DNA of 54,881 nucleotides from Sanchytrium tribonematis (taxonomy: Eukaryota). The translations under genes and the position numbers were made by a program. How positions within the stretch are numbered: position 1 is the stretch's first letter; each line of letters begins with the position of its first letter. The notes under the pieces were generated by a model. It was not told where the DNA came from. It worked only from the letters and a program-made list of their open reading frames with translations, and did no database searches. Positions 1-10,223 of the stretch are shown here, piece after piece. Where the stretch lies: the NCBI GenBank assembly GCA_018985235.1, contig JADGIG010000010.1:1-54881 (forward strand), read 5' to 3'.

Positions 1-130
1 TCACAGCATCGCGAAACTTACTTAATTTGTTCACACATTCAACCTCGTCGTAATTGGAAGCTATGTAGTTACTACTAAATGGCTCTCCGTCTTTATCAAT
101 AAGAAGGTAACATACTTTAACTTTAGACAT
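1..130 (-). CDS. Partial CDS (N-terminus), Crinkler-like effector candidate; runs off the window edge
   Basis: ATG at 130 reads MSKVKVCYLLIDKDGEPFSSNYIASNYDEVECVNKLSKFRDAV with no stop before position 1. The 'L.D..GEP' and 'FRDAV' pattern resembles CRN-like N-terminal domains of zoosporic fungi. Not in the ORF track. Confidence 0.5.
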   Translation of the reverse strand, partial: MSKVKVCYLLIDKDGEPFSSNYIASNYDEVECVNKLSKFRDAV

Positions 131-166
131 TTTTGTTTTTAAATCAAACCTTTAATCTCAAACTTC

Positions 167-228
167 AGTTATCAATGAGGAACAGAAAAGTTATAGGAGT
201 TATCAATGAGGAACAGAAAAGTTATAGG
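167..228. repeat. Perfect 31-bp tandem duplication
   Basis: AGTTATCAATGAGGAACAGAAAAGTTATAGG occurs at 167-197 and again at 198-228. Confidence 0.97.
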
Positions 229-366
229 CCAAATTATTTATTCTAAAAATTTACCAAACATGATAGAAACTAGGTGGGAGCCTCATGGATAACAATTTTT
301 TTGAAATCAAGTAGGCACCGTAAATTTTATAACTGCTATATCATTATTTAACAAATAATAAAGTCT

Positions 367-2388
367 CTACCCAACTAGAATTGTATGATCATCGCTGCAA
401 CTAGCCAAAATGTTCTCAAATGGGTGAAATGACAGTCTTTGCACTGATGAAGCATGTTTCCTCACAACTACATCATTCAGATACACTGTACCATCCTCTA
501 ATCCCACTGCAAGAGAGTCTTGTTTAAAAGACAAAGCTGTAACGCTAGTTGGAAAGGTTTTAGAGGATACAAGCTCAATAGACCCATTACCTATTGACCA
601 TATTTTTAGACTTTTGTCTCTTGAACAAGTTGCGAATTTGTCTTTCGACAACCAGCAGCCATCCCATATAACTCTAGAGTGCGCTTTTACTGCACTCATT
701 TCATCTCCATTACTTAGATTAAAGCAAAATAAATTTCGGTCCCTACCAGTAGAAAGTAAGAACTTTCCATCACTTGAAAATTGAAGTCTCGTAACTGTCA
801 ATTTATGGCTTTGGAAGCATTTAAAAAGCTTCCAAGAGTATTTTTGATCTGAAAGTTCTGCTGTCATTTTGTAAATGCGAATGGCGGCTTGTTCAATATT
901 TGAAGATTTGCATGCGGTCGCTATCATAATGTTGCCGTTGTTGTTAAATACATCCATTGAAAATATATTATCACCATGACCGTATAATTTTTGAAGCTCT
1001 GGCCATAAAGTGTGTTGCATCAATTGTGATTCTGTAGGTAGCAAATTATTTTGCAGAGTTTTAGAAAACACTTTATCTGTACCATAGCTCTGAAAACGAT
1101 CCTTGGCATGAAGCTTCTCATCGTGCTGCTCGGACTCTGTAGTGTCAAAAATAGCCTTATTTGTCAGACCCAATGCGGGTAACGAAGCACCAATGGCATC
1201 AGTATCCAAAATCGAATTGAATTGGGATAAGTCTAAATTTTTGGCATTCTCAAGTCGCTTCACAAATGTCGATGGAACTCCGAAGATCCTTGACACTTTC
1301 TCTTCACCGGCTGAAACCAAGACGTCACTAGCAACAAGACATTGCATAGTGTAGCCATGAACTTGAGGGCGAGCAACCTCTCTATATTGAAAATCCTTAT
1401 CGAAAGCAAATTGAGCATACGCTCTCGTCGTTCTGTCTTTGCCACAGCTAAAAAGTACGCCACTTTTATGAAATTGGATATCTTTAACTTCAGAGTTATG
1501 CCCGCTTAAACCTGGGCAAATTTCAAATAGACCGTTATGGTTCTTCCATTTGACTAGAGCACCTATATGAGTTACTCCAAAGACATAAAGTTCATTCTCG
1601 ATGTACAGAGATGCAACGCTCTGGATTTGGCCCATCCCTATGGAGCCAAATGATTGATTTTCCCACACCTCATTGTCATAATCCCAATAAATTATGGACT
1701 GATCAGCACTTGCTGTGAACCACCCACCATTATTGCTAGGATGTTTACAAACACTAAGAACCCAATCTGAGTGTTCTAGCATAACACTTTCAAGCCAAAG
1801 CTTTACGAATTCTATCGGAGTATATTTATAAACTCTAAAGGTGTAATCATTCGAAGCTACACCCAAATGCCAAAAAGCTCCAATTTTCTGCCAAGCTAAT
1901 GATCTTACCCAACTTTCATTATCTTTGACTTTATATATGATCGCTAAATCCAAGGATAATAAATAAATAGATTTTCTAGCAGTTCCAATTGCAATAGTTG
2001 AGCACTCGGATTCGAAAGCGATGTCACAGACAAGTTCATCCAAATTGATGCTCTTTTGAATCTTGTCATCAATTATAATCAAACACTCAGTTCCATTTCC
2101 GATCAAAACTGAGTCACCCAGATAAGCTATAGTCTGTCCTCCTTGGCAATTATATTCAGCCAGATCTTTATTGATAACGCCATAGTGCTCTGCGGCGACA
2201 TAGGCTATTGTAGACCCAAAAATACAAAAGTTTTGAATGGGTGAGCTGGCATTGTACAATTTTAGACATTTTAAATCTTTGGTCAAAATAGCAATGCAAA
2301 ATTTTCCTTGAGCTACAAGCAGATTATTTTGAAATGATTTAATTCTTTTCCAACCAGTAATAACTTCCAAAGATGTATTGATACTCAT
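367..2388 (-). CDS. ELP2: Elongator complex subunit 2 (WD40)
   Basis: Motifs EVARPQVHGY, GASLPALGLTNKA and HTLWPELQKLYGHG; WD repeats. Confidence 0.93.
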   Translation of the reverse strand: MSINTSLEVITGWKRIKSFQNNLLVAQGKFCIAILTKDLKCLKLYNASSPIQNFCIFGSTIAYVAAEHYGVINKDLAEYNCQGGQTIAYLGDSVLIGNGTECLIIIDDKIQKSINLDELVCDIAFESECSTIAIGTARKSIYLLSLDLAIIYKVKDNESWVRSLAWQKIGAFWHLGVASNDYTFRVYKYTPIEFVKLWLESVMLEHSDWVLSVCKHPSNNGGWFTASADQSIIYWDYDNEVWENQSFGSIGMGQIQSVASLYIENELYVFGVTHIGALVKWKNHNGLFEICPGLSGHNSEVKDIQFHKSGVLFSCGKDRTTRAYAQFAFDKDFQYREVARPQVHGYTMQCLVASDVLVSAGEEKVSRIFGVPSTFVKRLENAKNLDLSQFNSILDTDAIGASLPALGLTNKAIFDTTESEQHDEKLHAKDRFQSYGTDKVFSKTLQNNLLPTESQLMQHTLWPELQKLYGHGDNIFSMDVFNNNGNIMIATACKSSNIEQAAIRIYKMTAELSDQKYSWKLFKCFQSHKLTVTRLQFSSDGKFLLSTGRDRNLFCFNLSNGDEMSAVKAHSRVIWDGCWLSKDKFATCSRDKSLKIWSIGNGSIELVSSKTFPTSVTALSFKQDSLAVGLEDGTVYLNDVVVRKHASSVQRLSFHPFENILASCSDDHTILVG

Positions 2389-2417
2389 AATTTAGGTTTT
2401 CTCCTTAAATTAAAAAA

Positions 2418-3908
2418 ATGTATATTTGGAGTATTGCAACTCAAACGCAATTATTGCTTCGGATAGAGAACCACAACGCATTTAAGATTGACAAATCTGA
2501 TGCAATCATTGAAAGCAACATTATATACAAAAAAGATGATTTTCAACTATTCAATATCACAGTTAGTAATTTATTACCAAATACCCAATATATCTTGACC
2601 ATCGACGATAAAAAGTACAGGTACAAGACATTAGGTTCAAATAGAGAGAATTTCAAGTTTATGGCTGGATCTTGTTCGAAATACAAATCCGAAGCTTTGT
2701 ACGAAAGGCCTTCTGATATTGCTTTTTTTATTCACGATGGTGATCTGATGTACTCTGATATTACAGAAAATAATGTTGACACCTATGGAAACGCTTTTAG
2801 GGATAAATTCAGTGTTGAATCTGAAAATGGACCCAATTCCAAATCAATTTTCGAAGATACATTAATTTTTTACATGTATGATGATCATGATTTCGCAAAT
2901 AACAACAGTAATGATCAAAGTCCAAGTCATACGGCCGGTACGGTGAGTAACAAGATATTTTCACCGCGACTCGTAATGAATGCACCTATCCTTAATAATA
3001 CATTCAACGAGCCAGCTATCAGCAACAAATTGATTGATATGAATTCAATTTTTATTCCCTCATACCAAGCCTTTACCCATAACCATATCCGATTTGTCAT
3101 TTTAGATTTAAGAGCTGAACAAGACGGTAAAATTATCTTAGGAGATTGGCAAAAAGCACAAGTTGAAATGGAAATGGCATCTTCTGGCAATTTTGATGTT
3201 CTCATGATATTCAGCAGTGTTCCTTTCAATGGCATGGAAACGTCTAGCTCTGAGCCGGACAAATGGTTTCATTATCCTATTGAAAGAAAATGGTTTAGTA
3301 ATTTAATTTCAAAATTCAATGTAAAAAATATGGTCATGGTTGCGGGGGATGCTCATATGCTAGCATATGATGATGGTACTAATACCGATTTCGGTGGCGG
3401 TGGATTTCCTTTGTTTCAATGTGCACCTCTCTCCAACTATGGCTCTTGTAAAGGCGGACCCTATAGCATGGGTATATTTACTTACAAATACTATTTAAAT
3501 CATCTTTATTGTTTATTTGATTTTGAATTCACAGATGGGAAAACCTGTTTGCATTGGAAAGGAATGCAAGCTAAGCAAAGCACTCCAGTATTTGAGACAA
3601 CTCTGTGTAGAACTTCGGAAGATAGCTGGATCAAAAGCGGAAATCAAAACGCGGTATCGTATAGCTGTTCAATTGCCTTATTTCCAGGTTGGGTTATTGC
3701 TTTAATAGTGGTTGGCAGTGTACTTTTAGCATCATGTTGTGGTTTTCTATGTTTCAGAATCTACAAGAGACGAAAATTTTCTGCATTATCAACTATTAAT
3801 GCTGAACCGCAATCGATTGAATTGAAAAGCAATGAGCCAGATAAGGATAACCTAACATCTACTCGAGTTTCTCTTCTTCAAAGAAAAGTATCATCGAGAA
3901 ATACATGA
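2418..3908 (+). CDS. PhoD-like alkaline phosphatase with C-terminal transmembrane anchor
   Basis: Motifs GSC, HDGDLMYSD, YDDHDF.NN, LDLR and GDAH; hydrophobic helix followed by YKRRK. Confidence 0.85.
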   Translation: MYIWSIATQTQLLLRIENHNAFKIDKSDAIIESNIIYKKDDFQLFNITVSNLLPNTQYILTIDDKKYRYKTLGSNRENFKFMAGSCSKYKSEALYERPSDIAFFIHDGDLMYSDITENNVDTYGNAFRDKFSVESENGPNSKSIFEDTLIFYMYDDHDFANNNSNDQSPSHTAGTVSNKIFSPRLVMNAPILNNTFNEPAISNKLIDMNSIFIPSYQAFTHNHIRFVILDLRAEQDGKIILGDWQKAQVEMEMASSGNFDVLMIFSSVPFNGMETSSSEPDKWFHYPIERKWFSNLISKFNVKNMVMVAGDAHMLAYDDGTNTDFGGGGFPLFQCAPLSNYGSCKGGPYSMGIFTYKYYLNHLYCLFDFEFTDGKTCLHWKGMQAKQSTPVFETTLCRTSEDSWIKSGNQNAVSYSCSIALFPGWVIALIVVGSVLLASCCGFLCFRIYKRRKFSALSTINAEPQSIELKSNEPDKDNLTSTRVSLLQRKVSSRNT

Positions 3909-3943
3909 CATGCCATAAAGGAGAACTATAATTTAAAGGGGAT

Positions 3944-4597
3944 ATGACATTATGCGATTCTACTCCAAATTGCCATTTGTCAGAAAATTGCTCATTTCAG
4001 TTCACTGGCAATCTCTCGGCCATAAAGCAGACAGTAGAAACGTGTGATAAATGTAAAATAGAATATAATAACATGCTTAGTTGTTTAATAGATAGCGATA
4101 TGTCTATGTATTCTAAGTGTGAAAATTCATATAATTTAATGTGTCTTTCTCTGGATGAAGATAATTGTCTTCTTAGTGTATTAAATAAGTGGAATCAATA
4201 TAATACTACAGAAGAGGTCAATTCAGCGTTTTACAATCAAGACATTCCATTCGATTGTTCCGAATGTACTAAACAATTTACCAGTATAGAGAAGGATTAT
4301 GACCCTATGAAATTTAATGGAAAGCTAGAAAGTTACGCCCTTAAGATTTGTGGCACTCACTTTTTAGACAGCGTTCAAGTATCTGGAATCGACCCATACA
4401 AATGGAGTTTGCCCATTATTATATCAGGATTTGTTGGCTTTTTTCTAATTGTAATTTTATTAATCTTTTTGTTCAATTGTTGTCGATACAAGGACGAGCA
4501 ATCAGAAAAGGGTAGAAGATTAATTGATACTTCAGACTTCGATGCTAAAACAAGGAATGTGAGCTTGTTTCCATCGCTTCATAGATCTGCCATATAG
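3944..4597 (+). CDS. Hypothetical single-pass membrane protein with Cys-rich ectodomain
   Basis: 217-aa ORF with many Cys and one TM helix (LPIIISGFVGFFLIVILLIFLF). Confidence 0.7.
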   Translation: MTLCDSTPNCHLSENCSFQFTGNLSAIKQTVETCDKCKIEYNNMLSCLIDSDMSMYSKCENSYNLMCLSLDEDNCLLSVLNKWNQYNTTEEVNSAFYNQDIPFDCSECTKQFTSIEKDYDPMKFNGKLESYALKICGTHFLDSVQVSGIDPYKWSLPIIISGFVGFFLIVILLIFLFNCCRYKDEQSEKGRRLIDTSDFDAKTRNVSLFPSLHRSAI

Positions 4598-4673
4598 TAG
4601 TGGAGCAAATTGTCTGCCATCATCATTTTATGTAAGTAAATTTGAATTCTTATTACAAAGTTCAAAGGTACAA

Positions 4674-5628
4674 TCATGTAAACCACTGATTTGCTTGGTC
4701 ATGAACTCCATTGAGAGCACCTTTACTTTTCGATTCCTCGGCTTGGTTTGGTGCAGCTTCATATATTTGCCAGTTTTTTTCTCCAGTCCACTTTAAAACA
4801 CTAGCTTTGTTGCCACATCTGTAACCTAAATTAAATTAGAGTACAGTAGTTTGGAGCACTCCATACAGTGAGGCACTTTTGATCAAATTGCTCCTGATAT
4901 CCCTCCATGCAAAGCTGATGAGCTCTTGCAACATGGTCTAAATTATTAATTTCGGTAAATTTATCGATGACTTGCTTTCCATAAACATAACCTGTTCCTC
5001 GAGGACTAAGTTGAAAGCCTTCGACTCCATTAGAAGGATCTGACCACATGATGTCACTCATGAGTCCATCAGCCGGAATCTCCATAAACCTATCGATCAT
5101 TCGCAATTGATCTAAACGCTGCATCTCTGGAGAAAGGCCACCATGAACCACAAACATTCTTTTACTACCACCATCAATTTCAGCTCCTAATGGTAAACAA
5201 TCAAAAGCTTCCATGAACCAATTCCAAATTTGAGTATCTGGATACTTTGATTGACACTCAGCATAAAAACCGTATGTACTACTAATTGTGCGACTTTCGT
5301 GATTTCCTCTTATTAAATGAATGGTTTTAGGGTACAAGATTTTATAAATCATTAAAGTCAGGATTACATGCAAACTGTAAAATCCACGATCGACGTAATC
5401 TCCCATAAATAAATAATTTGCTTTTTGAGGGCTTTCATATAATTCAAATATGTACAACAAATCATTGTATTGTCCATGTAAGTCGCCAACAAGTTGAATA
5501 GGCGTATCTAGTGCAATTATATTATTTAGACCTAGCATTATTTCTTTGAATTTCATAACGACCAATTCTATTTGATCGACAGATGGCAATTGCTTTTTAA
5601 TTAATATTTCAAGTATTCGTTTTATCAT
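4674..5628 (-). CDS. PP2A-related Ser/Thr phosphatase (PPG1-like); 2 exons (5628-4845, 4825-4674)
   Basis: Motifs GDLHG, GDYVDRG, RGNHE and RAHQLC. Removing the intron restores the conserved SAPNYCYRCGN; the protein ends QWFT*. Confidence 0.9.
4826..4844 (-). other. 19-nt intron GTACTCTAATTTAATTTAG
   Basis: Splicing restores the NYCYRCGN motif. Confidence 0.95.
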
Positions 5629-5683
5629 CGAATTCAGACCAGTGTTTCAAAAAGTATAGTTTTTTATTTTATAGACAAAGAGA

Positions 5684-5887
5684 TCAGACTGAGCACGCAG
5701 TTTTACACAACTTCACTGCCCAATTCTTGCAATCTTCAACTGTCATAATCTTCAGCAACTCTACTTTGCACCCAGCGTTTATTTTATTAGTCAAAGCGTT
5801 ATTCGCACAGGTTGCGATACAATTATCAATATTTTCTGCGCACCCAGAAAAACATAGCGAGAATATTACAGCCATATGAAAAATCAT
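5684..5887 (-). CDS. Small secreted cysteine-rich protein (67 aa)
   Basis: Hydrophobic N-terminus and 8 Cys, including two CxxxC; CCAATCAAA upstream at 5930. Confidence 0.65.
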   Translation of the reverse strand: MIFHMAVIFSLCFSGCAENIDNCIATCANNALTNKINAGCKVELLKIMTVEDCKNWAVKLCKTACSV

Positions 5888-5989
5888 AATATTAGTTTGC
5901 GATACTTTTTCTTTTAAATAGTTTGTTCGCCAATCAAAGATCAGTCACATTCCTGAAAATCAAAAAGTTTCTAATAATGTATAAATTTA

Positions 5990-6741
5990 TTATATACGTT
6001 GACGCTCATTTTCCATTGGTGGAATCTGATCATTGGCAACGCCTAATCCGAAAGTTGAATCTAATACCGGACTGTCTATCCTCTGATTCGGATACTGAGA
6101 GTATTGTTGGTCATATTGCTGACCATACTGAGGAGCGTATCCAGCAGAATCGTAATCATACTGAGGCTGCCCTTGTTGCTCAAAGCCATAGCCTTGAGAT
6201 TGCATGGGTTGTTGAGTAGGAAGATTATATGCTTGGGTGTAAGAAGTTGATTGCTGCGCAGAATTTGGACTTAATGAGTTGTTGCTTTGGTTTCCAAATT
6301 GAACAGGTGCTGTGGTAGCACTTAAGTTAGGTCTGCTACCTTGTAGTTGGATAGGTCTATGCATCCAAGGTAAAACAGGGTCGGCATCTTTTCTTCCACT
6401 TCCTCCGCTAATCGCTTTGGCACATCCATACAATACAACAATTAATACCAAAACTCCAGCAACAACTGAACCAATAATTACATAAACACCATTCTTTGAC
6501 CAAAACGATTCTGATTTGGCAGTTGTTCCAGGTGTCGTTCCATCAGTTGGAGTGTCACTAGGTGCCTCTGATGGACTATCAGTTGGAGTATCACCAGGCG
6601 TTGAAGGTGTTGAAGGTGTCGAAGGCGTTGTGGATTACTTGAAGGCGATGGCTTTGGTTCTGTAGTTGTGGGAGGTGTAGGTGCAGTCGTATTTGATGTT
6701 TTCTGAGCAAACAAAATTGTAAGGAACAATAGCCAGATCAT
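5990..6741 (-). CDS. Type I membrane protein with Thr/Pro/Ser-rich ectodomain; apparent frameshift near 6633
   Basis: A signal peptide and TP-rich start lie in one frame. TTPSTPSTPSTPGDTP...TM helix...QY-rich tail lies in a second frame that is open from about 6634 to 5990. Confidence 0.65.
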
Positions 6742-7132
6742 TTTAGAAAGTTGATTTTTGTCAAAGTGGAGCCCTTGTTATAAAAAATTCTCAAATGATT
6801 ATCTGGCGAATCAAAGGGCGTAATTTCGTTCCCCAAATCAAATCATCCCTTACTGACCAATCAAATGACTATACATGTGATTAGCACGGGCTTAAGGTTC
6901 TTGACGAATAATCGAAGACAAACTTGAAAAATGGCAGTATACACCTTTAAAATTTGAGTTTAAAGATTAACATCAAAATTTCATTTCTAGGCTGAATGTT
7001 TGCAATCTCAATCTGCACGCCTTGGGATTGAATTAATTGTTGTGCCCAAGGAAAGCAAGGCAAAATATTACAAATCAGATCGCACAAATGACTTTTGGGA
7101 ACTACTTTAAGAAAAACATACCCAAGCCAGCT

Positions 7133-7573
7133 ATGATTTTCGTCCTCGTATTGATTACATTCTCTCAAAATTCGTCAATTTCAGAGGCATTTAGTTCCGC
7201 AAAAAATGGGTTGATATCGAATATCAACAACCCAGAAAAAACTTCTTTTCTTTTACCACAACAATTACAAGAGAGTAATGCAAATACAATCCAATCTGAT
7301 ATTGGCAATAGCGACGCGAAGCCAGAAGACCAGGACATCACTTCCAGCTCATCAACAAACTTACCACTCATAATAGGATTGACCTTTACCGGGGTTACTG
7401 TGGCGGTGATTTGTGGTGCTATCTTATACAAAATTAAATCTCGGAAAAGAAGCCGACCGAGGCAATCAGTAATTAGTGATGACAAAGGTTTCACTAGCGA
7501 GGAATTGCAGAATTTAGAAAAGCATTTGGGTTACCATGAAATGACAAATCAAGGGATTTTTCAAAACAAATAA
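7133..7573 (+). CDS. Hypothetical single-pass membrane protein
   Basis: Probable ATG at 7133 (MIFVLVLITFSQ, signal-like); TM helix followed by KIKSRKR. Confidence 0.65.
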   Translation: MIFVLVLITFSQNSSISEAFSSAKNGLISNINNPEKTSFLLPQQLQESNANTIQSDIGNSDAKPEDQDITSSSSTNLPLIIGLTFTGVTVAVICGAILYKIKSRKRSRPRQSVISDDKGFTSEELQNLEKHLGYHEMTNQGIFQNK

Positions 7574-8188
7574 ATGTCTATATCTGATCAACTGCAAGAA
7601 GAAATGGAAGCTATTGAAAGTATTTTTTTTGAAGAGTTCTCCAAAATAAGTGATAATCAATACTATGTTAAATTAAACACGGAACATATTGTTGTGTACA
7701 TTAATATTAAAACAGAAGATGAATCTTACCATCCAGATATACATTTAAGTAATAAGATTGTAAAAGATGTTCCGCCTAATATTTCACATTCTCTGGACTG
7801 TGGTTCCGAGTGGAATCAATTTAGCGATGTGGATATTGAAGAGCTAATCACAGTTGTGGAGGAACAGCTTATACCAGACATTGTTGTTGTATTTGGCATA
7901 ATTTCTGCAGTTCAAGAATTTTTGGAAAGTTTGTTTTCTAGGAAGTATGCCACGAGGTTTGCGAAACCTACAATGGAATTATCTGATGCTCAGTTGCAGG
8001 GCACTAAGGTCACAAAAGAAAGCTTTCAAGAATGGTGGGATTCTTTTAAAGATCATGTGGTAAAGGAAGCACCTAAAAAGATAAAACTAACTGGGAAGCA
8101 ATTGTTTGAACAAGGTCAAGTTTCCATAAAGGAAGAAAACAATGATGATGGAATTGACGTAGATTATAGCTTATTTGAAGACGAGTAA
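7574..8188 (+). CDS. GIR2: RWD-domain protein Gir2/RWDD1
   Basis: Motifs EEMEAIESIF, GTKVTKESFQEW and KLTGKQLFE; acidic tail. Confidence 0.85.
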   Translation: MSISDQLQEEMEAIESIFFEEFSKISDNQYYVKLNTEHIVVYINIKTEDESYHPDIHLSNKIVKDVPPNISHSLDCGSEWNQFSDVDIEELITVVEEQLIPDIVVVFGIISAVQEFLESLFSRKYATRFAKPTMELSDAQLQGTKVTKESFQEWWDSFKDHVVKEAPKKIKLTGKQLFEQGQVSIKEENNDDGIDVDYSLFEDE

Positions 8189-8197
8189 AGTAATAAT

Positions 8198-9526
8198 TTA
8201 ATCGATTTTAATATTGTAATGCTGTAATATGACTCGCAGCCTGTCAACTTCTGATCTCAATTTTTCATTTTCTTCTAAAAGGATATTAAAATCAGTTGTA
8301 TTTTCCGTGGATTTTGGAGTTTCTTTTACCACAACCTAAATCAATTTAAAATGTACGTCATTGGAGGCATTTGCAACAGAATAGTTGGAAGCATTAGGTG
8401 ATTGATTGCTGTTTCGCTTCAAGCTATTGGCATCGAAACTCTGAGAACCTGTAGGTTTCATTTTGAGGGTGCCAATCCTTCCTTTTTTGACTGTAGCTGA
8501 CTGATTTTCAGAGGGCATGTCCAAAGGATACACACCAAATGGATGAGCTGTCGCATGCAGTTCGCCGCCATCATACGATTCAAGTAGTTTGTACATTGTA
8601 GAGTTTCCCAAAATCATGGCAACGTGAGATGCTATTTGACCTTGTTTGTTTTTTGCCAATTTATCGACCCCATTTTGAAGCAGGATTCTTGAAATTTCAT
8701 CCACACCTCCAGTGATTGACAAATGTAAGCAACTAACACCAGTGTCGAGTACAGCTTTCACATTCGCGCCATGCTGAAGTAGGTCTGACACCATTGATGG
8801 TGAACCTTTGTTAATGGCGTGCATCAATAAAGTGCGTCCAGTTTGGTCGGGAAGTTCAATTTCCCTGCTACCGCTTTGCAGTAAATACCGGCATAAATTC
8901 GCGAATCCACCTGTTACTGCATAATACAACGGCGTATATCCCTTATCATCTTTTGGATCTAAAATATGACCCAGCATTACCAGAAAGTGAACAGCAGTAT
9001 ACTTGTCATTTGCCACAGCAGTATGAAGTGGAGTTTTCATTTCTTTTCCTCTGTAATCAAGAAATGCACCGTTTTCGACTAAAGTTTGCATTATTAATCG
9101 GTCATTCAGCAAAACAGCCTGTTGAAGTGGAGTCAGTCCTTTTTCGTCGACACAATTGGGATCATTATCCATTAAAGTTTCCTTCAATTTTTCGATTTTT
9201 TTCTCTTGAACATACTGAAATATTTTGGATTGTTTTTTATTATTACAGCCTTGTTTGATTTTTAGTATGAAGTGAAGCGAAATTGTGCCATATAACCGAT
9301 ATGCTGCAAAAGTCTTCTGTTCCTCTAAAAATTTTCCTTCCAGTTGACTTGTAGGGTTACTGCTTTGTAAAGGTTGAAATAATGAATAATTATTCACATC
9401 GTTTGGTAAGTCTGTGTGTGCTGAAATAATGGTCTCTTTTGCTTGCTGTATAGTATTTTGTTGGTAAAAATAGAAGGACTTTGTTGGGTGGTTTTCAAAG
9501 ACGATGTTCACAGTTAAAAGATCCAT
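8198..9526 (-). CDS. Shank-like protein: SPN (FERM_f0) domain, ankyrin repeats, short coiled coil; 2 exons (9526-8357, 8335-8198)
   Basis: NYSLFQP...GKFLEEQK resembles Shank SPN NYGLFQP...GKFLDEER. DPN..., NGAFLDYR and KDDKGYTPLYYA resemble the Shank ankyrin repeats. Confidence 0.8.
8336..8356 (-). other. 21-nt intron GTACATTTTAAATTGATTTAG
   Basis: Same GTA...TNATTTAG consensus. Removal deletes an in-frame TAG and opens 45 more codons (LLEENEKLRSEVDRLR). Confidence 0.75.
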
Positions 9527-9785
9527 AACAACTGTGGCTTGAACTTTATGGAATATGTTTTGACAAGGTGGAATACATTAGCTTGTAGTAGACTTTTAAA
9601 TTATATGCCCATAAGCCTTGATTATCGAAGTAAATTCGCGATAAAAAGTCAGTTTCAAAAATCATAAATTAGTGCGGATTATTTCGCGTTTCTCTTGCAC
9701 ATTTTGTTTAACAGTCTCGAATGAGGCCTTAAATGATCCTCTGGAAAAATTTGAAATAAAATTAAATACAGTCTACAAAAGTGCT

Positions 9786-10037
9786 TTATTGTTTTTTTCT
9801 GTAAGAAGAGCCTTCGGTGAGACGAGCTTTACCACCTGATGGTGTGCATAAAACGGTTCCGCATCCTGTACAGGTAATAATGGATTGTGCGTGTGAGAAT
9901 ACTGTGGTAATTTGAACACAACCTGGACATTTTACATCCATGAAAAAGGAATTAGGGGATTGTACTAATCGTTTCTTTTTGTGACGTCTTAATTCGCTAG
10001 CAGCAGTTGGGTGAAGAAGGTCAACTACTAATGTCAT
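9786..10037 (-). CDS. RPS27: 40S ribosomal protein S27 (eS27), intronless
   Basis: Sequence DLLHP...[21 protein letters not shown]...GGKARLTEG. Confidence 0.98.
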   Translation of the reverse strand: MTLVVDLLHPTAASELRRHKKKRLVQSPNSFFMDVKCPGCVQITTVFSHAQSIITCTGCGTVLCTPSGGKARLTEGSSYRKKQ

Positions 10038-10223
10038 TTATAAAACTCGGATTTGCAATTTGATAAAGAACATTTGGGAAACACGTGAATTAAATCTAAA
10101 ACAAAATTCCGTCTCCTCTTAAACTACAAGTACATAAATTCCTGCCACTTCATTGTAGAATGACTCTTCAATGATTAAAACTATTTGACTTTTTTTTATA
10201 CCGTGAAGTAGGCCATTTAGTGT

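Noticed and set aside
230..366. Possible snRNA (Sm-like AATTTTTTTG)
   Set aside because: No U1, U2, U4, U5 or U6 hallmark sequences nearby; T-runs are common in this AT-rich DNA.
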